Below, piece by piece: positions 1 through 14,103 of a stretch of 64,000 nt of DNA. This stretch comes from Styela clava. Lineage: Eukaryota. The stretch lies in contig NC_135259.1 of assembly GCF_964204865.1 (NCBI RefSeq), positions 15,128,001-15,192,000 on the forward strand, written 5' to 3'. Position numbers and translations under genes: made by a program. The notes under the pieces are model-generated. The model was not told the origin of the DNA, searched no databases, and saw only the letters and a program-made list of their open reading frames with translations. How positions within the stretch are numbered: the stretch's first letter is position 1; every line of letters begins with the position of its first letter.

Positions 1-136
1 CAGCGTATGCTTCTTCATGTACTTTTGCAATAAATGGATATTGGAAGTATCGCTATTTACATTCTTTCAGAACGATTCCCGCCAGAGTTGAATTTCGGTT
101 CTGTTCGTACAATGGTTTTACGGCTTAAAATCAGTA
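1..136. repeat. Dispersed repeat, direct copy of 9001-9137
   Basis: cagcgtatgcttcttcatgtacttttgc...ttacggcttaaaatcag is near-identical at 1-136 and 9001-9137. Confidence 0.85.
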
Positions 137-544
137 GTATAGTAATCCTATCTGTAGGTTTGCATTGAATTTGATAAAACCAGAATCTGCGAAACATATT
201 CCAAAAAGGAAAAAAATATTATGTGATCAATTTTTCATATAGTGAGTATAAGTATTAAAAATGAGTAATGATGAAAAAAAAAACAATATTGTGTAATTAA
301 TTTTATTTTGTCGATAAACAGGAGCGAGGAAAGATGATATAACTTTGACGTCTGGGACTTAACAGTGGGGTATTTCATATTATGAGATCTGTCATATAGT
401 GCCTTTCTTGAAAACGAGTAAAGTACTTTTTACGCTTTTTATATAAACATTTACCTTATTTTAATATTTTGAGATAGAAAGTGAAAAACGTTAAGCTAGA
501 AAAATTACAATACCGAACTATATTTCAAAAGAATGGTGCTAAAT

Positions 545-998
545 TCAGACAAACATGAAATTATCATGAACGCACATATATCCGTCAATGTCCGATATTT
601 CTACAAAAAGTTGTTTCTTCAATAAAATGACAAAAAATTATTTTAATTCAACAATATTATTATGTTACCTCGTTGTTCTGGCTGATCTACAATTGATCTT
701 TTTCGCTTTCCTTTCCACCCCGGAGTAGCCATTCTGAGCGCGAACGATCATAAATAATTTGAAAGTGGCTTTGATTTTCGGTATACCACACTTATTTATA
801 CCTCTTGCTCCGAACAAAACACCATGCAATCAACCACTCATATCTCACTTTTATTTGGAAGAGCCAGAATTTTTGAGGTTCTACATTGCCTGCCCAATTT
901 TTACACTTTGGATGGGATGGGGTCATGGAATTTGAATCCGAGATGTGTGATCTACGACGCCCACAGAGCAAAGTATAAAGCTTTAACCGCAAGGCCAT
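545..998 (-). CDS. Peptide precursor gene A (core MATPGWK-G-KRKR); exon 1 uncertain, possibly degenerate
   Basis: Exon 2 733-669 (cag|A...G|gtaac) = (R)MATPGWKGKRKRSIVDQPEQR, with family phases 2/1. Probable exon 3 600-545 = EISDIDGYMCVHDNFMFV*. Candidate exon 1 998-802 ends SKR|gtataa in phase 2 but lacks a clean signal peptide. Confidence 0.55.
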
Positions 999-1630
999 CG
1001 CGCTGCACAAGATTTAATACGTAATCTTGATGACTTGAAGAAGTACTCATTATGGAATCATTACCAATAGGTCATTTCAAATTCAATTTGGAAAATTATG
1101 TTAAATACCGCCATTATCCAAATCACTCATTCATAATTGCATCATGAAAGCATTAGGCCTTTAGAAGTTAATGGATACGAAATTTATAAATTGAAACTGC
1201 ACTACTTCAAAAATCATTTGGAAGTTTGAGCCTCTTTATGCTACGATCGCAGTTTTTTGTGATATGGGGTTTGTTCTGTTGTAGGATTATTTCTTTCTTT
1301 TTAATGGGATACGTGATGAATAATTCAGATTAGATTACCACTGTTAAATTAGTATATTTCGTAGGGTCGGTACCACTGTTAAAAAGAATGGGACCCCATT
1401 CCGTTTCCATCAAGATAAACTGTAATTTCATACTTTTGAATCCTTTTCCGAATAGCAGATATATAATTTACTTAGCTGTCCTACGAGAATGCGATTGTTT
1501 ATAACTTTGTGAGCGAATAATGAGCGATCTTTTCTCAAAATAAGGCGTGTTTAAAATCATTTATAATACAATTTCAAATTCTATTTTTGCTAAACAGCGT
1601 TTTAGGAGTAAAGTTAGCATTGAAGCATAC

Positions 1631-2168
1631 ATGGCTGCGAGGATATGGATTTTCGTTTTGGCGATGTGCGTTGCAGTATTGTTAGGACCTCAAAAAGGCA
1701 AGGCAGAAGATTCATTTCCTGGACCAGAATCAAGGTAATTTACTAAAAAAATATTTTAAAATCTCCAAATGTTGATTCCTGTTTCTTAGTTTTCGAGAAA
1801 ATCCGAATCTCAATGCAATTTGAACGATTGTTTTTTTTTTTCTCAATCGGATTCATCATCCGTTGTTTCAATTGTTGATGATTTAATTAAGAATACCAGG
1901 CGGAGAAGTGCCATGGAGTGGAAAAAAGAAAAGATCTGTTAAAGATGATTTGAATGATATAGGTGAGACTTTTATTAATGTTTATGTTGTATTTTTGCTG
2001 ATACTGAAAAGAGATGCAGGAGTAGCCCAACTGCATGTGAAGCAGATACTCGCGCATACTTTTGACAGACTTTGTATATGAATTTTGCTTTAAATAAGTC
2101 ACTTTTTTTCCAAACATGTGTTTTCTGTTTCAGATATGGATATTATTCTGTTTGGTGATATTGATTAA
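1631..2168 (+). CDS. Secreted peptide precursor gene B (predicted IPGGEVPWS-amide)
   Basis: Exons 1631-1734, 1892-1962, 2134-2168 (GT-AG, phases 2/1): MAARIWIFVLAMCVAVLLGPQKGKAEDSFPGPESR|IPGGEVPWSGKKKRSVKDDLNDI|DMDIILFGDID*. AATAAA at 2325. Confidence 0.85.
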
Positions 2169-4131
2169 CACGCCTAGAAGGAATCAGTAACTTCACTTTA
2201 GTCGGGCGACTATACATAAACGAATTGCAAGATATCTACAACAAAACGAATCAACGACGTTATGGCACTTTTTATTTTGATTTTAATTTTACGTAGTTGT
2301 GTAAGTTGTTTGTTTGGAACATAAAATAAATTTTTATCACGTTACGTTTGTGCTTGATAGCATCACAATATAGCAGTAAGAATGCGAAGGCAATAAGATA
2401 GAAATGAACAAAAACATTTCAACAAATAAGGGATATTGTTGACAAGGTCCTATCAACTATTAGTAAAGTTAACGTACCAGATGCATAGTTTTACCGCCTT
2501 ATCAGTATGTTGAATATCGTTATCATTGCAACAATCGCAGACAATCCTGGAATATTGTGCACGATTCTTCGAGGGGTTACAAATGCAAATAGGGACTTCA
2601 CTACAACGTCGTTGAATGAAATGGAATTCCATATTGAAATTCTAATTTTTCAACCGTGTTATTCCATGTTAGTATAAGTCAATATTTATTTTTCATGGTT
2701 TGCCTTGATGTGTGAATAAAATTTGTCTCGTGATTGCCATCTGACTAACATAAGAAAGAACAGCCTGTTTATCAGATGATTACGAGAGGACGCAGACGGT
2801 GCAAATTATCTGCGTGGTGCTGCTTTTACAGTGGAATGAATATATTACAAAAATTTCAACTTTCCTTTTGAGAGAGGAAAGTCGATAACACAACTGTATG
2901 GCTTAGCAAATTGCAGACTCGCTATGTCAAGGGCTTGCTACTTAATTATCCCATGGACATAGGAACGATATAGTACAAAAAGAATAATACTAATCTTATC
3001 TCATAATCATTTCCACCGCATCTCCAACTTACAAGAGACAAAGAGGCTTTATTTACTAAGAATATCACGAGCTGATTGATTTGTAATATTAGCTATTCAT
3101 GTGAGACACATAGCCTACCGATGCACCTAAGTCTGGTGGTTGGAATCAAGAATGGCAAATTGGAACCGATAGGCACATTTAGCTGAGAGAAAGTTATATG
3201 GATGCTCTCCACTCTTGGTCATGGGGCGATTAAATAATAAACTGTTCTGCAGATTGCTGTAAAATTTTTATGAACTAACTCAATCGTTTCAAAATCGTTG
3301 TCTCCAAGAAGATATTGCCTTTAGCCAGTGATAAGATTCAAAATTGGTTTGAAAAATAGAATGAAAATGAAAAAAAATGAAAAATAGGTTTTTGTTCATA
3401 TCGAACTCAATAACGACAAGTTTCCTCATTTTTCGTAGTGGGCTTGTTTAACAAACATGTCCATCATTGTTTGGATTTCGAGAAGGATTCGTGGACCCTC
3501 GTGTTGGTCTCTGTAGCATTTTTCAGGCTTTACTTTTGAGTGTTGTACCGTCGGCTGATTCAATTGGATGTTTTCTATTGACAGTTCCAGTCTTTTATCC
3601 TGTAGTCAATGCAATTACGAACTTCCCGTATATCTTGGCACACAACCACTTTTCATTTATTCTGGAGACCTTTTATCACGCTAAAAACCAATACATCACC
3701 CCCCCCCCCCCCCGTAACCCAGATGCTATTGGGCTATTGGAACCGTATATCCATCGCTACTCATAATTGTCGTCAGTGGCGATAAACCCCGAACTCATTT
3801 CCGAGTGCCTTATTTTAGGCTCTCAGCTGTTGCTTTAAACGATTCTGCTAGAAATCTGTTCAAATACATATATATGTCCACTTTTTGTTTCAAATATCTT
3901 GCGAATCAAATTGAACAACGGTATAATATATGCAATGAAAGTTCACTAAAATAGCAATATCCAAATTAAAATTAAAAATTTTTGAACAAATTTTTAGGTA
4001 ATGTATATCAAAATCCTTATACTAGCAAAAAATCTTATTTAAAAATTCAATAAACAGTATGCAATTTTAATTTTCGCATCGAAAGGAAAAACGAAATGTG
4101 TCTCAAACATCTTTTGAATGCGTCCACTGAT

Positions 4132-5073
4132 TTACTCGAGAACCTCCGCCTCTATAAAAAGAGCGATATCTGTAAGAAAAAAAGTGATACATTCAATTAA
4201 TAGTGAAGTGGAAAGAATAAGATTTTAAAATTTGTCAACATGGCAGTGCAAAATATATTCGATAAACCTAAAATAATTAGCTTACCGGCTACAATTAATC
4301 AAATTTTGTTTATAAAAAAGTAGATTTAATTTAAAATTTGTCTCTCTTTTTCTATTAATTCAATAGAATATCCAATACCATTTTAATAAATTGATATTGG
4401 AACTTTTTAGGAAGCCTGTGCACCACTGTAAATACTTAATTCCAAATTCTCAATAGTTTCCTCAATGTTTAGCATTATTGCGCAATAGAAGACTTGGGAC
4501 ACATACTATTTTTTTTAACAAAGTGGTTTATATAAAGCTTATGTGGAATTCTCCATTGCCAACAAAGCAAAAATACAATTAGATCTTCCTTTGTAAAATG
4601 ACCCAGCAGGAATGTATAAAAGTAATTTTGCACGCGCCTGAATTTTCATCATTGTCTACTGTGGATCTCCTTTTCTTTTTTCCAAGCCACGCCGGGGCTA
4701 CTGGGTGTCTAAAATGCAATTTTTTATTATTATATGAACATATTGTTGCAATATATTACATAGTTTGATTTCATTTCATCAAAAAAAATACCAGAAATTA
4801 CAAAGTTTGTCATTATGAATCATCTATTTGCTGACATCTATTGAAACCAGAAAAAGTTGAGACAAACTATGAAAACTTGAACTATAAAACTTATTTAAAA
4901 TGTGGATAGAATGCAATGTAAATTGGTTGATACTTCCCGAAAAAATCGAAAAATCACCACCTTGAATAAACTATGCCATGAACAGCCGACTCTCCATCCT
5001 TGTCATTGCAATTGGTGATGTGGATGAACATAAAGCAATAAAGTACACAGATGAAAAAAAGTTCTACTTTCAT
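4132..5073 (-). CDS. Secreted peptide precursor gene C (predicted HPVAPAWL-amide)
   Basis: Exons 5073-4961, 4708-4638 (GC donor), 4169-4132: MKVELFFICVLYCFMFIHITNCNDKDGESAVHGIVYSR|HPVAPAWLGKKKRRSTVDNDENS|DIALFIEAEVLE*. Confidence 0.82.
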
Positions 5074-7084
5074 ACTCTTGTTCTCACTTTCAAGTTTAAT
5101 GTTAAAACAAAATAATGATTAGTACTCAAAATACAAAATATAATTTAGACCACTGCACGAACTTTCTATTTTAAATTGGCCTTTAGGAACATCAAACGTT
5201 TACATTATTACTTTGAAGGACTTTGACGGGACGTTCTGCTAGAAATTAAAAATGCTTACGAAAACGCAAATTCAATGAAATATAAACGAAAATTGAAAAT
5301 AATTTTTTAGAACAAGGTATGAAAATGGCGGACAAAACGAATCCTCCTTTTCCGCCAATATAACCGTGGATGAGCGTAAATTGGCAGGATCAACTCATTG
5401 CAAGCTATAGCGACAGCAAATGCGTTTCAACTTGAATAACTCCGACCGGACATTTTAAATTCCACAAAACATAACAAGGTAAGAAGAATATCGGTCGTAA
5501 ACATTTGATTCCTGGCAATAATTTAGCATTCACATATAATATATTACGAATTACTGTAATTATAAACCGTTCACGTTGTTTTCACAAGTTTTATCAGATT
5601 CATTCATTGCAAAAAACTTGATCAAAAATGAGTAAAATCTCCCATCACTGACTTGATATTGCTGATTTCATTGAGCTATTAGATTAGCGGTTTGTTCCTA
5701 TCCATTAACTGTAGATGATCTAGCGTGACCAACTAGTTAACTGTTAAATATCGAATTAGATAATTTCAAGTTCTGTAGCAAAGACACTGTCACTGATTCT
5801 CTGTCGAATAATTAAATTTATACACGTCCTAGCGGTGACATAAAACTTTTCTATCTATAGTATCCCCTATAAGAAATGAAATGAGTAAATTTTGCTCAGA
5901 ATACTCCGAGAAAAATGAAAGTAATCGCATTTAAATTTTTGTAGAAGTTTATAATATAAGTATATCTTGTATCGATATGTGAGAGTAAGTAGGCTACAAC
6001 ATAGTCAATGACAAATATCAACAAAGTGAATCAACGCAAATTTGAATAAGATGAACTTGCTTAAGTAGGTAATAAGAATGAAATTTTTGATAATCATTGC
6101 TACAAACAATTAAATGCTGCTTATTATTTAATAGATACTAGAGTTTAAATTGATGCTACTTATTCAAAATCATTTGCCAACCCAATATACGAAAAAGCAA
6201 AAATCATCTTTACAAAAATTCAATCAGTCTCTGACACTTGAAAATTTCCATTTCACTTTGTTTTAGTTTTAGTAGGATGATTAGGCTCATCGATTCAATT
6301 ATTCCCTTTTTCTGTATTGATTTAATTGCAAAGTTCCACATTTACCTTGCCATGAGGCAGAATCATGTAATGACTGGAAAATAGGTACAAACAATTAATT
6401 TCACTCAGACCTAACAGTTGAACTGCAATATTACCAAAATGATATTGAATCTTAATTGAAGGTTAATTTCTCTTCTTCTGTTTAAATTATTATTAAGAAC
6501 TGGCCTATTCTAACAAAAAACTGCTACCTAATTAGACAGAGAGTAACTGATTTTTGGACATTCTGAAATATACTTTAAAAAAAAATGCTTGCCAATTCTA
6601 GAACATTTTGTCTCTCATTAATTAAATTAATAGTATATAGGTAATGTTCTACTAAAGATAGAAGATAAATAAAACACAATAAAAGTGGTAAAGTGGGTAA
6701 ATCGTACAAGAGTATTGTCGGGTCTCAAAACGAAGTATGTGTATTGAAATTTGCGATGGCACAATCTGTTAAATATGAATAATGCCTTTTAGAGCAATGA
6801 AATCATTTACTTGAACAAAAAAAGATTTGAGATGAGACTGCAAAAATTATTTTTAGGAAGTGCTAATCGTACATGTTCTACAAGAGTGTGATTTGAAAAA
6901 ATATTCAAATTTATTTTTTGTCCAATGTATAGCAAAACTTGTTTGACTCGAATTAAAAACTGTGAGTAATGGCAATTGGGATCAATATCAATTTGAAGGA
7001 TAATATTCGCATTTCGCATTAATATCATCAATTGAATTTAAATATCATGATTTCGAATCATTCTTGTAGACGAGGTAGAAAATG

Positions 7085-7325
7085 TACTACTTTAAACACT
7101 AGAACAAGTGTTTGTGCTTATGGACAGATTTATGCTTGAAAAATTATGGTTAATTATGACTGCACGAGTCAACAAGGCATTTATATCTCAAGAGACTTAC
7201 TTAAATGGTTTCATATCGAAAACTTCGATCAAAAATTTGATATTTTTTGCTATGCTAATCTTGAGATTATTGCAATTACCATGAATATTTAAATAAATGA
7301 TCGTCAATGCCATATATAAATCGCT
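7085..7325 (+). promoter_or_regulatory. Conserved upstream module and TATA box of the MKNIAIF-type peptide genes
   Basis: tactactttaaa...aacaagtgtttgtgct lies ~400 bp before the ATG and is conserved in diverged paralogs D, E (10551), J (21457), K, L, N, O and Q. TATATAAAT at ~7312-7321. Confidence 0.55.
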
Positions 7326-7481
7326 TCAGAAACGCATCCAAATCCAGTCAACACATTCCTTGTCTTGTATGAAGACAAAAAACCTCATAAAAATAATTTG
7401 CCTGAAATCGACATAAATTGAACTTCTTGTGTATATTACAGTATAAATTTTTCTGAGCATCTCCAAGATTAGAAAACTAAG

Positions 7482-8225
7482 ATGAAGAATATCGCAATTT
7501 TTCTTGCTGTAGTCATGTTAGTTCTTAGCCAGGACATTTCTCCAGTTGAATGTCGGACATTGAAGATCAGTTCACCAATACGGTAAGTCAATTAGATTTC
7601 TGTTATATTTAGCTGGTTGAGTTAATGACGTTCTCCATTTCTTTGGGTCTCGGCTACTTTGAACAGTTGATATAGTTTCACAAATTATTCATTGCAAAAG
7701 GAATCCTGGGTGATAATTAATGAGATTCAAATATAAATTTTCTTCATCGAGAAATCGAAAACCCATAAAGTTTGCCATAGTTTAAGCACCATTATACCAA
7801 CCTCATCGTGTATTAAGTGATTCAGTTGAAAGTCGTTTATTTTACATTTTGCAGGTTAAGCACACAGCCACCATTCTACGCATGGGAACGGAAAAAGCGC
7901 AGTGTGGAAACTGATGTAAATTTGCAGATAAAAGGTGATGACATTTTAATTGATATTGTTAGACTTGGAAGTCTAAGTTTTATTTTAAAAAAATTCTTCA
8001 AGGCACTATTATGTAAATTTTTCGAAAGTACAAGTTATGGCTGAAAGAGTTCTCAGTTCTGATCAAGAAAATATTATGATCGTATCTCCAACGTTCAAAA
8101 TCTGAAGCTCAGCGTACTATGTCGTGGAAATCTCCATTCTCGATAATATTATCTTGTAAGTTTAAACACATTCACCTTTTGTTACAGAAAGAGAGAACAC
8201 GGTCATTGGACAAGCAAAAGGTTAA
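7482..8225 (+). CDS. Secreted peptide precursor gene D (predicted LSTQPPFYAWE)
   Basis: Exons 7482-7582, 7855-7934, 8188-8225: MKNIAIFLAVVMLVLSQDISPVECRTLKISSPIR|LSTQPPFYAWERKKRSVETDVNLQIK|ERENTVIGQAKG*. Confidence 0.87.
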
Positions 8226-8452
8226 GAAGTATCACTGAACAATCGGATTCACAATGTTATGGCGGGTTTCGGAATTAAACATAAATTGCATAAACAAATC
8301 GTACTATTGTTTGGTCTATTGAGTGGAGGGATGAAAATCTAGTTTTGGTATTTGTAAATTCATTTTGTGACTATGTGATATAACCGCTTATCACTGTCGC
8401 TTTTTAATTTTTGATTTTATTTTTCGTTAAAGCTTCACACAGCTTGCCATTT

Positions 8453-9137
8453 TCATTTTCGCTTCATGGAAACAGGGTAAGTGGAAAGAATTAAAGAACT
8501 CCGGAATATATTGGTGAAAACTTCCCGCATAGAGATTTGACAATCCAGGACCTCTAACAATAAAATCCTTTCTGGGAAAGACGAAAGCAGAAAGTTCAGA
8601 CAAATATAGCTTGTTATTATAGATATTGCAGTACCTCGGACCATGATTCGTGGAATGGTAGAGGTTTAAGCAAGCGTCCTCAAAATTTAATGAGTAAAAA
8701 TGTTAAAAATCTTACTGTGAGATCACGAAAAAAAAAGCTATTGGAATGCTGCTTCAATCTAATTAAAAAGTTATTGCCGTCAACAAAAATGATAGTGGTG
8801 ACAGCTGTGGGTGTTTTTTTTTTGCATTGGATAAGACATTTGATTCATATGAGCTATGCGCTTACTGTTTGATATTTAAAGGTAAATATCAGTGTCATTA
8901 ACAATGCAAATTAAAATGAGATGTCGATGATTTTATTTCATATTTCCTTGTTAGTAAATTTGGCAAAAAATTTTTTGTTTGTTGGTACAAAGACTGTCAT
9001 CAGCGTATGCTTCTTCATGTACTTTTGCAATAAATGGATAGTGGAAGTATCGCTATTTTCATTCATTCAAACGATTCCCGCCAGGGTTGAATTTCGGTTC
9101 TGTTCGTATATACAATGGTTTTACGGCTTAAAATCAG
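8453..9137. repeat. Dispersed repeat family (related copies at 1-136, ~43880-44290 inverted, ~63620-63780 inverted)
   Basis: Shared blocks such as atggtccgaggtac and ttgtctgaactttc. The spurious ORFs 8453-8644 and 44084-44278 are visibly paralogous. Confidence 0.65.
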
Positions 9138-9275
9138 AAAAGCACTCTTAGAACTCGAAGAACGACTACGTGGTATTAATAGGGTACATCTCAAATCTCC
9201 TGATGCCCCTTTTCTCGCATTTTGTATGAGCTTATATTAATTAATTGCTGGAATCGGATTTGATGAGACCTAGGG

Positions 9276-10176
9276 CATAGTTTCTCAAAGTGCTCCGCGA
9301 GAGAATCTCAGGGGTTCCGCGAGCTATTGGATTACTTTTCAAAATACTGACTAATATTGTAACTGTTAAAAGAAGCAATAACAGCTTTGATAAAATCTGA
9401 CAACAATATAGCCTCGAAATATGGCAAAGAGGCGGAATTGAAAAATGACATTATTTATAAGCAGGAGCACAGCCAGGATTCTTAAGAGGGAGGTGGTTTC
9501 AAAATTGGAATCGGAAATTTCCGCGCAATATTCTTCGCGAAAAAAAAACGAATAACGAGATTTCTGTTGCGTAAAATATTTAATCCATGACCGATGCGAG
9601 CATTTAACGTGTCTCGTTGTCATGATGTAATTGTGCTCATCGTTACTCACGTTTGATTCGAGATTACTATTAGGATTACTAAAATGAAAGAATACTATTC
9701 TAAAATAGCATAAAATATGTGACAAACTGTCATCTATAAATAAATTGGAGTCGTATTTTTGCGATCTTGGGATTTGTCAAACTTCTTGTTTTTTTTATTT
9801 CGCACTTGAGATTATTTTTAAACAAGATATCGCCTTCAAAAAATCACAATGTCTGGGAAAAATATGAACAAGGGAAAAGATTCGACCCCTAATTTATTAA
9901 TATGTTTATCAAGTGTCAAGTTTACAGCTTTAGTATATATAATTTATGTTAAGGCTAAAGGCAGAATACACTACAATTTATGTTTAAAATTTTGATTTAT
10001 GTATGACTTCAATTAACCCTAATAAAAAAAAGGTTCAGCATTTAATTTAAGTAAAGTACTTTTAACTTGCTCAGGAATATTAATCTGAAAGTAACAAGTT
10101 TAACATTTATTTTGGGGCGCCGTGAATTAATAGTCAACCTTTTCAAGGGCTCCGCAACATCAAAAGCAACCCCCTG
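9276..10176. mobile_element. Non-autonomous hAT (Charlie-like) element
   Basis: Perfect 8-bp TSD acctaggg (9268-9275, 10177-10184). Degenerate CA...CTG ends with ggggttccgcgag/gggctccgc subterminal motifs. Confidence 0.75.
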
Positions 10177-10994
10177 ACCTAGGGTATAGACATCGGCTTT
10201 ATAGAACTCTTAAAGATTTGTGTAATTTTTTTTTATGACTACCTCAAGAACATTATCATTTAAGACCTGACTTGCGCATAACGTCGATATAGAATCAAAT
10301 TACGGTAAGTAGATAATGAGAGATATTACTGAAAATCATGGCTACAATTCATTATGAAAATTCTTTTTATCAAATAAAAGCTGTGAGAAGAACTTCAACC
10401 CCGGATCAATATCAAATTGGAAGATAATATTTATATATAATTAAATCCATTTGAAAATGTTAATTATTGATTTTCAATCGTCCTCTTCAAAAATAAACGT
10501 AATTTATCATTTGCTTTTTATTGACAAGGCACAACATAATTTTTTTCACTTACTACTTTAAACCATGAAACAAGTATTTGTGCTAATGAGCATATTCATA
10601 ACATAGAAAATTGTTGCTTATTTACAAAGTAGCATTAAATGGCTCCATTTATATGTTTTTACCAGCAATTAATACATTTGTATCTCAAGAGATTGATTGA
10701 TTTCATATTATAAAGTTCGATGAAAAATATGACATCTTCCTAATAGGATAGCTGTAATTGCATAAATAAAAGGTCGACATTGCTGTAAATTAGTTGCAGA
10801 TGAAAGTTCAGCTGGTAAACGCAGCTTTCAGCTTAACTCATTTAAACAGGAACGATTTTCGATCGGTGTGACGACAGTCTTGTTTGAAGCAAACTCCTCA
10901 TAAAAATAAATCAACAAAAGTCAGCGTTATCTTCTCTTCATGTGTAAATTACAATTTATTTTTTTCTGAACGATCCTACGCGCTTGATACAAAG

Positions 10995-12396
10995 ATGAAG
11001 ACCGTCGCAATTTTTCTTGTTGTAGTTGTGCTGGTTAGCCTGGAAATTTCCCCAACTGACTGTCAGATATTGATGATCAGTTCACCGGTACAGGGGAGGT
11101 AAGTTTATTAGATTTCTGTTATTGAAGACGAATTGTACATATGGATTGTTTTGGTATTATGTTGTTGTTGTTCTAGTTAGTGTTTCTTTTCTTGTTGCTG
11201 TTAACTATTGGACCAATTGCTTTGAAATTTTCTACTGGTAAAAATTGTATCGTTCGCTAGAAGGCTCATTACTTTCATCTGTTTCATAAATTTCTGTAGG
11301 CTCTAAGTGATTCGTTTTTTTATGTTTGGTGAAATCATCAAAATTAAATATTGAGCACTTGTGGCAGTTCTTTGTTCGTGTTAGTAGTCAGGCGAAGTCA
11401 TTAATACTGTGGGATAGGTGGTCTACTGCGAAAGATTGCATATTCATACTACTCTGGTTTCGCCCTCGTGTACCTACATTTGAGCATTGCTCTCTTACTT
11501 TCTATAGAAGATCGGATTGAAGTTTTGAATGTTTGCACTCTATCCTCTCATGCTCTGTATTTAAACATTCGATATAATTTCACAAATTCTGAATTGTTTA
11601 TTCAGGGTGATAAATGATGATTTTCAAAAGTTTTCTTCGCCGATCGTTCGACGATGGAAATTTATCATATTTTAATTTACCATTATATATACATTACACT
11701 TTATACGAATTGATAAACTCATTCACACAAGTAGATTAATTGATATAACTTTGTTAACAAAGTACACCAGTGGTTCCAACTAGGGTTCCGAGTAACCCAA
11801 GGGTTACGCTAGTTCCGTCCAGGGATTCCACAAGTTTAAATCCAAATCCTAGAGTCTGTATGGTGTACGTATATTGTTTGTCTATAATCAATACGCGACT
11901 ATGAGATAATCATATAATAAGTGTGTTTCACTATTGTTCGGTGAAAGATCGCCAGACGTTCCGCGTCAAATCGTCGTTTCACATTTTATGATTATAAATA
12001 TAAGCATATTTAGATATAATCAATTTCACGGGAATTTCTCGAGTTTTTGAAATGTTTGTTGGTGTAAAAACACTGCTCTACATCAACTTTACGTTTTCTA
12101 TATTTCAGATATACCACACATGCACCATCTGTATGGAAACGGAAAAAGCGGAATGTCGAAAAGGATGAAAATTTGCAGACTGAAGGTGAAATATAGCAAA
12201 ATTGTTAATTAATGTTACACTTGAAAGTGAATTTATCTTTAAAAACAAATTCAAATCGAGTCAAAGCCGTGGCTTCAACATTTCAAAACCTGAAGCTCAG
12301 TATTAATCTGTGGGAAGCTTCATTCCCGTCAATGTTATCATGTAAGTTTAAACATCTCCACCTTTTATTACAGAAAGAGAGAAGGATTTATTTTGA
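10995..12396 (+). CDS. Secreted peptide precursor gene E (predicted YTTHAPSVW)
   Basis: Exons 10995-11098, 12109-12185, 12374-12396: MKTVAIFLVVVVLVSLEISPTDCQILMISSPVQGR|YTTHAPSVWKRKKRNVEKDENLQTE|EREKDLF*. Confidence 0.85.
11768..12075. mobile_element. hAT-like MITE in intron 1 of gene E
   Basis: CAGTGGTTCC...AAACACTG termini and gggttcc subterminal motifs. TSD not clean. Confidence 0.5.
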
Positions 12397-14103
12397 CACG
12401 GGTATAATGAAGTATGAAAGATCAATCGGATTCACAATGCCATGGCGGGATTTTAAATAAATGAATATAGATGGAAAAATAAAGCGTAATATTGTTTGGT
12501 TTATACAATTGGGTATTCTGAAAAATATTGAGTTTTTGTACTAGTGAAGAAATTTATGACCATGTGATATAATTGATATGATTAATTATCACCGTTGTCA
12601 GGTGATTTTGAACTTGATTTCCCACAAGTAGTAAGAAATGCTTCAGCAAGTTTGGAATTTTTTTTGCGGCCTTTGCTTACATTTCACTTCGAACATTGCT
12701 CAGCCACTGCATGAAATGTATCGCGCTAGTGTTTTCTGCAAGAACCGGAACCATTTTGGTTAGACATTTTCCACCAAATTTATTACACCTGATGAGCTTA
12801 AATCCGAAAATTTTAATCTGCAATATCAATGGAGTAGAATTCACAGCGCTCTAAGCACTAGTTCACCACGCCTATCGTTTCACCAATAATGTAAATAGTT
12901 ACTAAGAGTGGAAATGATACTTTAGCTGTAATCTTGCGATGCAGATGCCAGTAGACATCATTTTGAACAAGATTTGAAACACTATAGATGACAGGAGACA
13001 AGCCAGGAATCAGATAAACCTTCTTAAAAGACGATTACAGACATTTCAGACAATTATAGTCCGTCATAATATCTATTGCTACACTTCGAGCTATAAGTTG
13101 TTGAATCTCTGAGCTTAAATGAAATGCAATTTTTGACAAATACAATTTTGACCAAAAAGATAGAAAAGACAATGAGAATTGAACAAAAACCCTCGTGCAT
13201 TATTTTTTGTTTCACATTAGTTTTTAAACGTTTAAAGCTTCAATCCGACATCTTGAACTCATATATTAAGAATGTACATTAGTAAACGTAGTGTAGTAAA
13301 CGTTATACTTGTCAAAACTACTCATTCGTCTGCGCTTAAATTGTTGCCGTACTTGTTTTAAAATTAGTCAATGGGAGAGTATCATGGAGCAGAAGATACG
13401 TCGTTGATGGATAGAATGATATAGTTGAGATTTACTGCATTAGCGGTTGATCATATGCTTTTTTGGTTTCATTAAAGAAAAAATAGAATAAAGAATTGTT
13501 AATCTCAGCTTCCAATTTTAAAACTTAGTTATTGATAAATTTTTCACCCAAAATGTGCTTTATTTTTAGACATGAAGTCCATTATTTTTAGATGTGATTT
13601 TAAAAGTACAACAACCTTAATATTACTGTAGTTTTTTATGGCTGTACGTGATTTGAACAACAACGAATTTGGCAATAGGTCGAGGTTTTGTACAACAAAA
13701 TTTATTAGGTACAGATAAACTGTTCAGCTCAATGTTCTGTTTTGCAATAATTACATCCAACTTTACAACGCTGCACCTTCGAGATTTTGCGGTAACAAGA
13801 TTATTAAATGATGTGCCATTGCCAGAAATATATGACTTTTATAGCATTTTCTAAAATTCTCGAATTAAAAAAATAAATTTCTAATATAGTTTATTCGTCA
13901 TCACAACATAAGCACAAACATGAATACTGGAAAAGAGGAAAAAAGAACAAAATGTATGAAATATATTGTAAAAAGTCACAAATCTATTTATACAATTCCA
14001 AGTTGTAAAATTAATTAACATTTTACATAAAAAACTGAGATCGTCTTCTATTTTGAAAAGCGCACTTTTGTGACAAAGAGAAGAAAATGTTGAATGACTC
14101 TGA

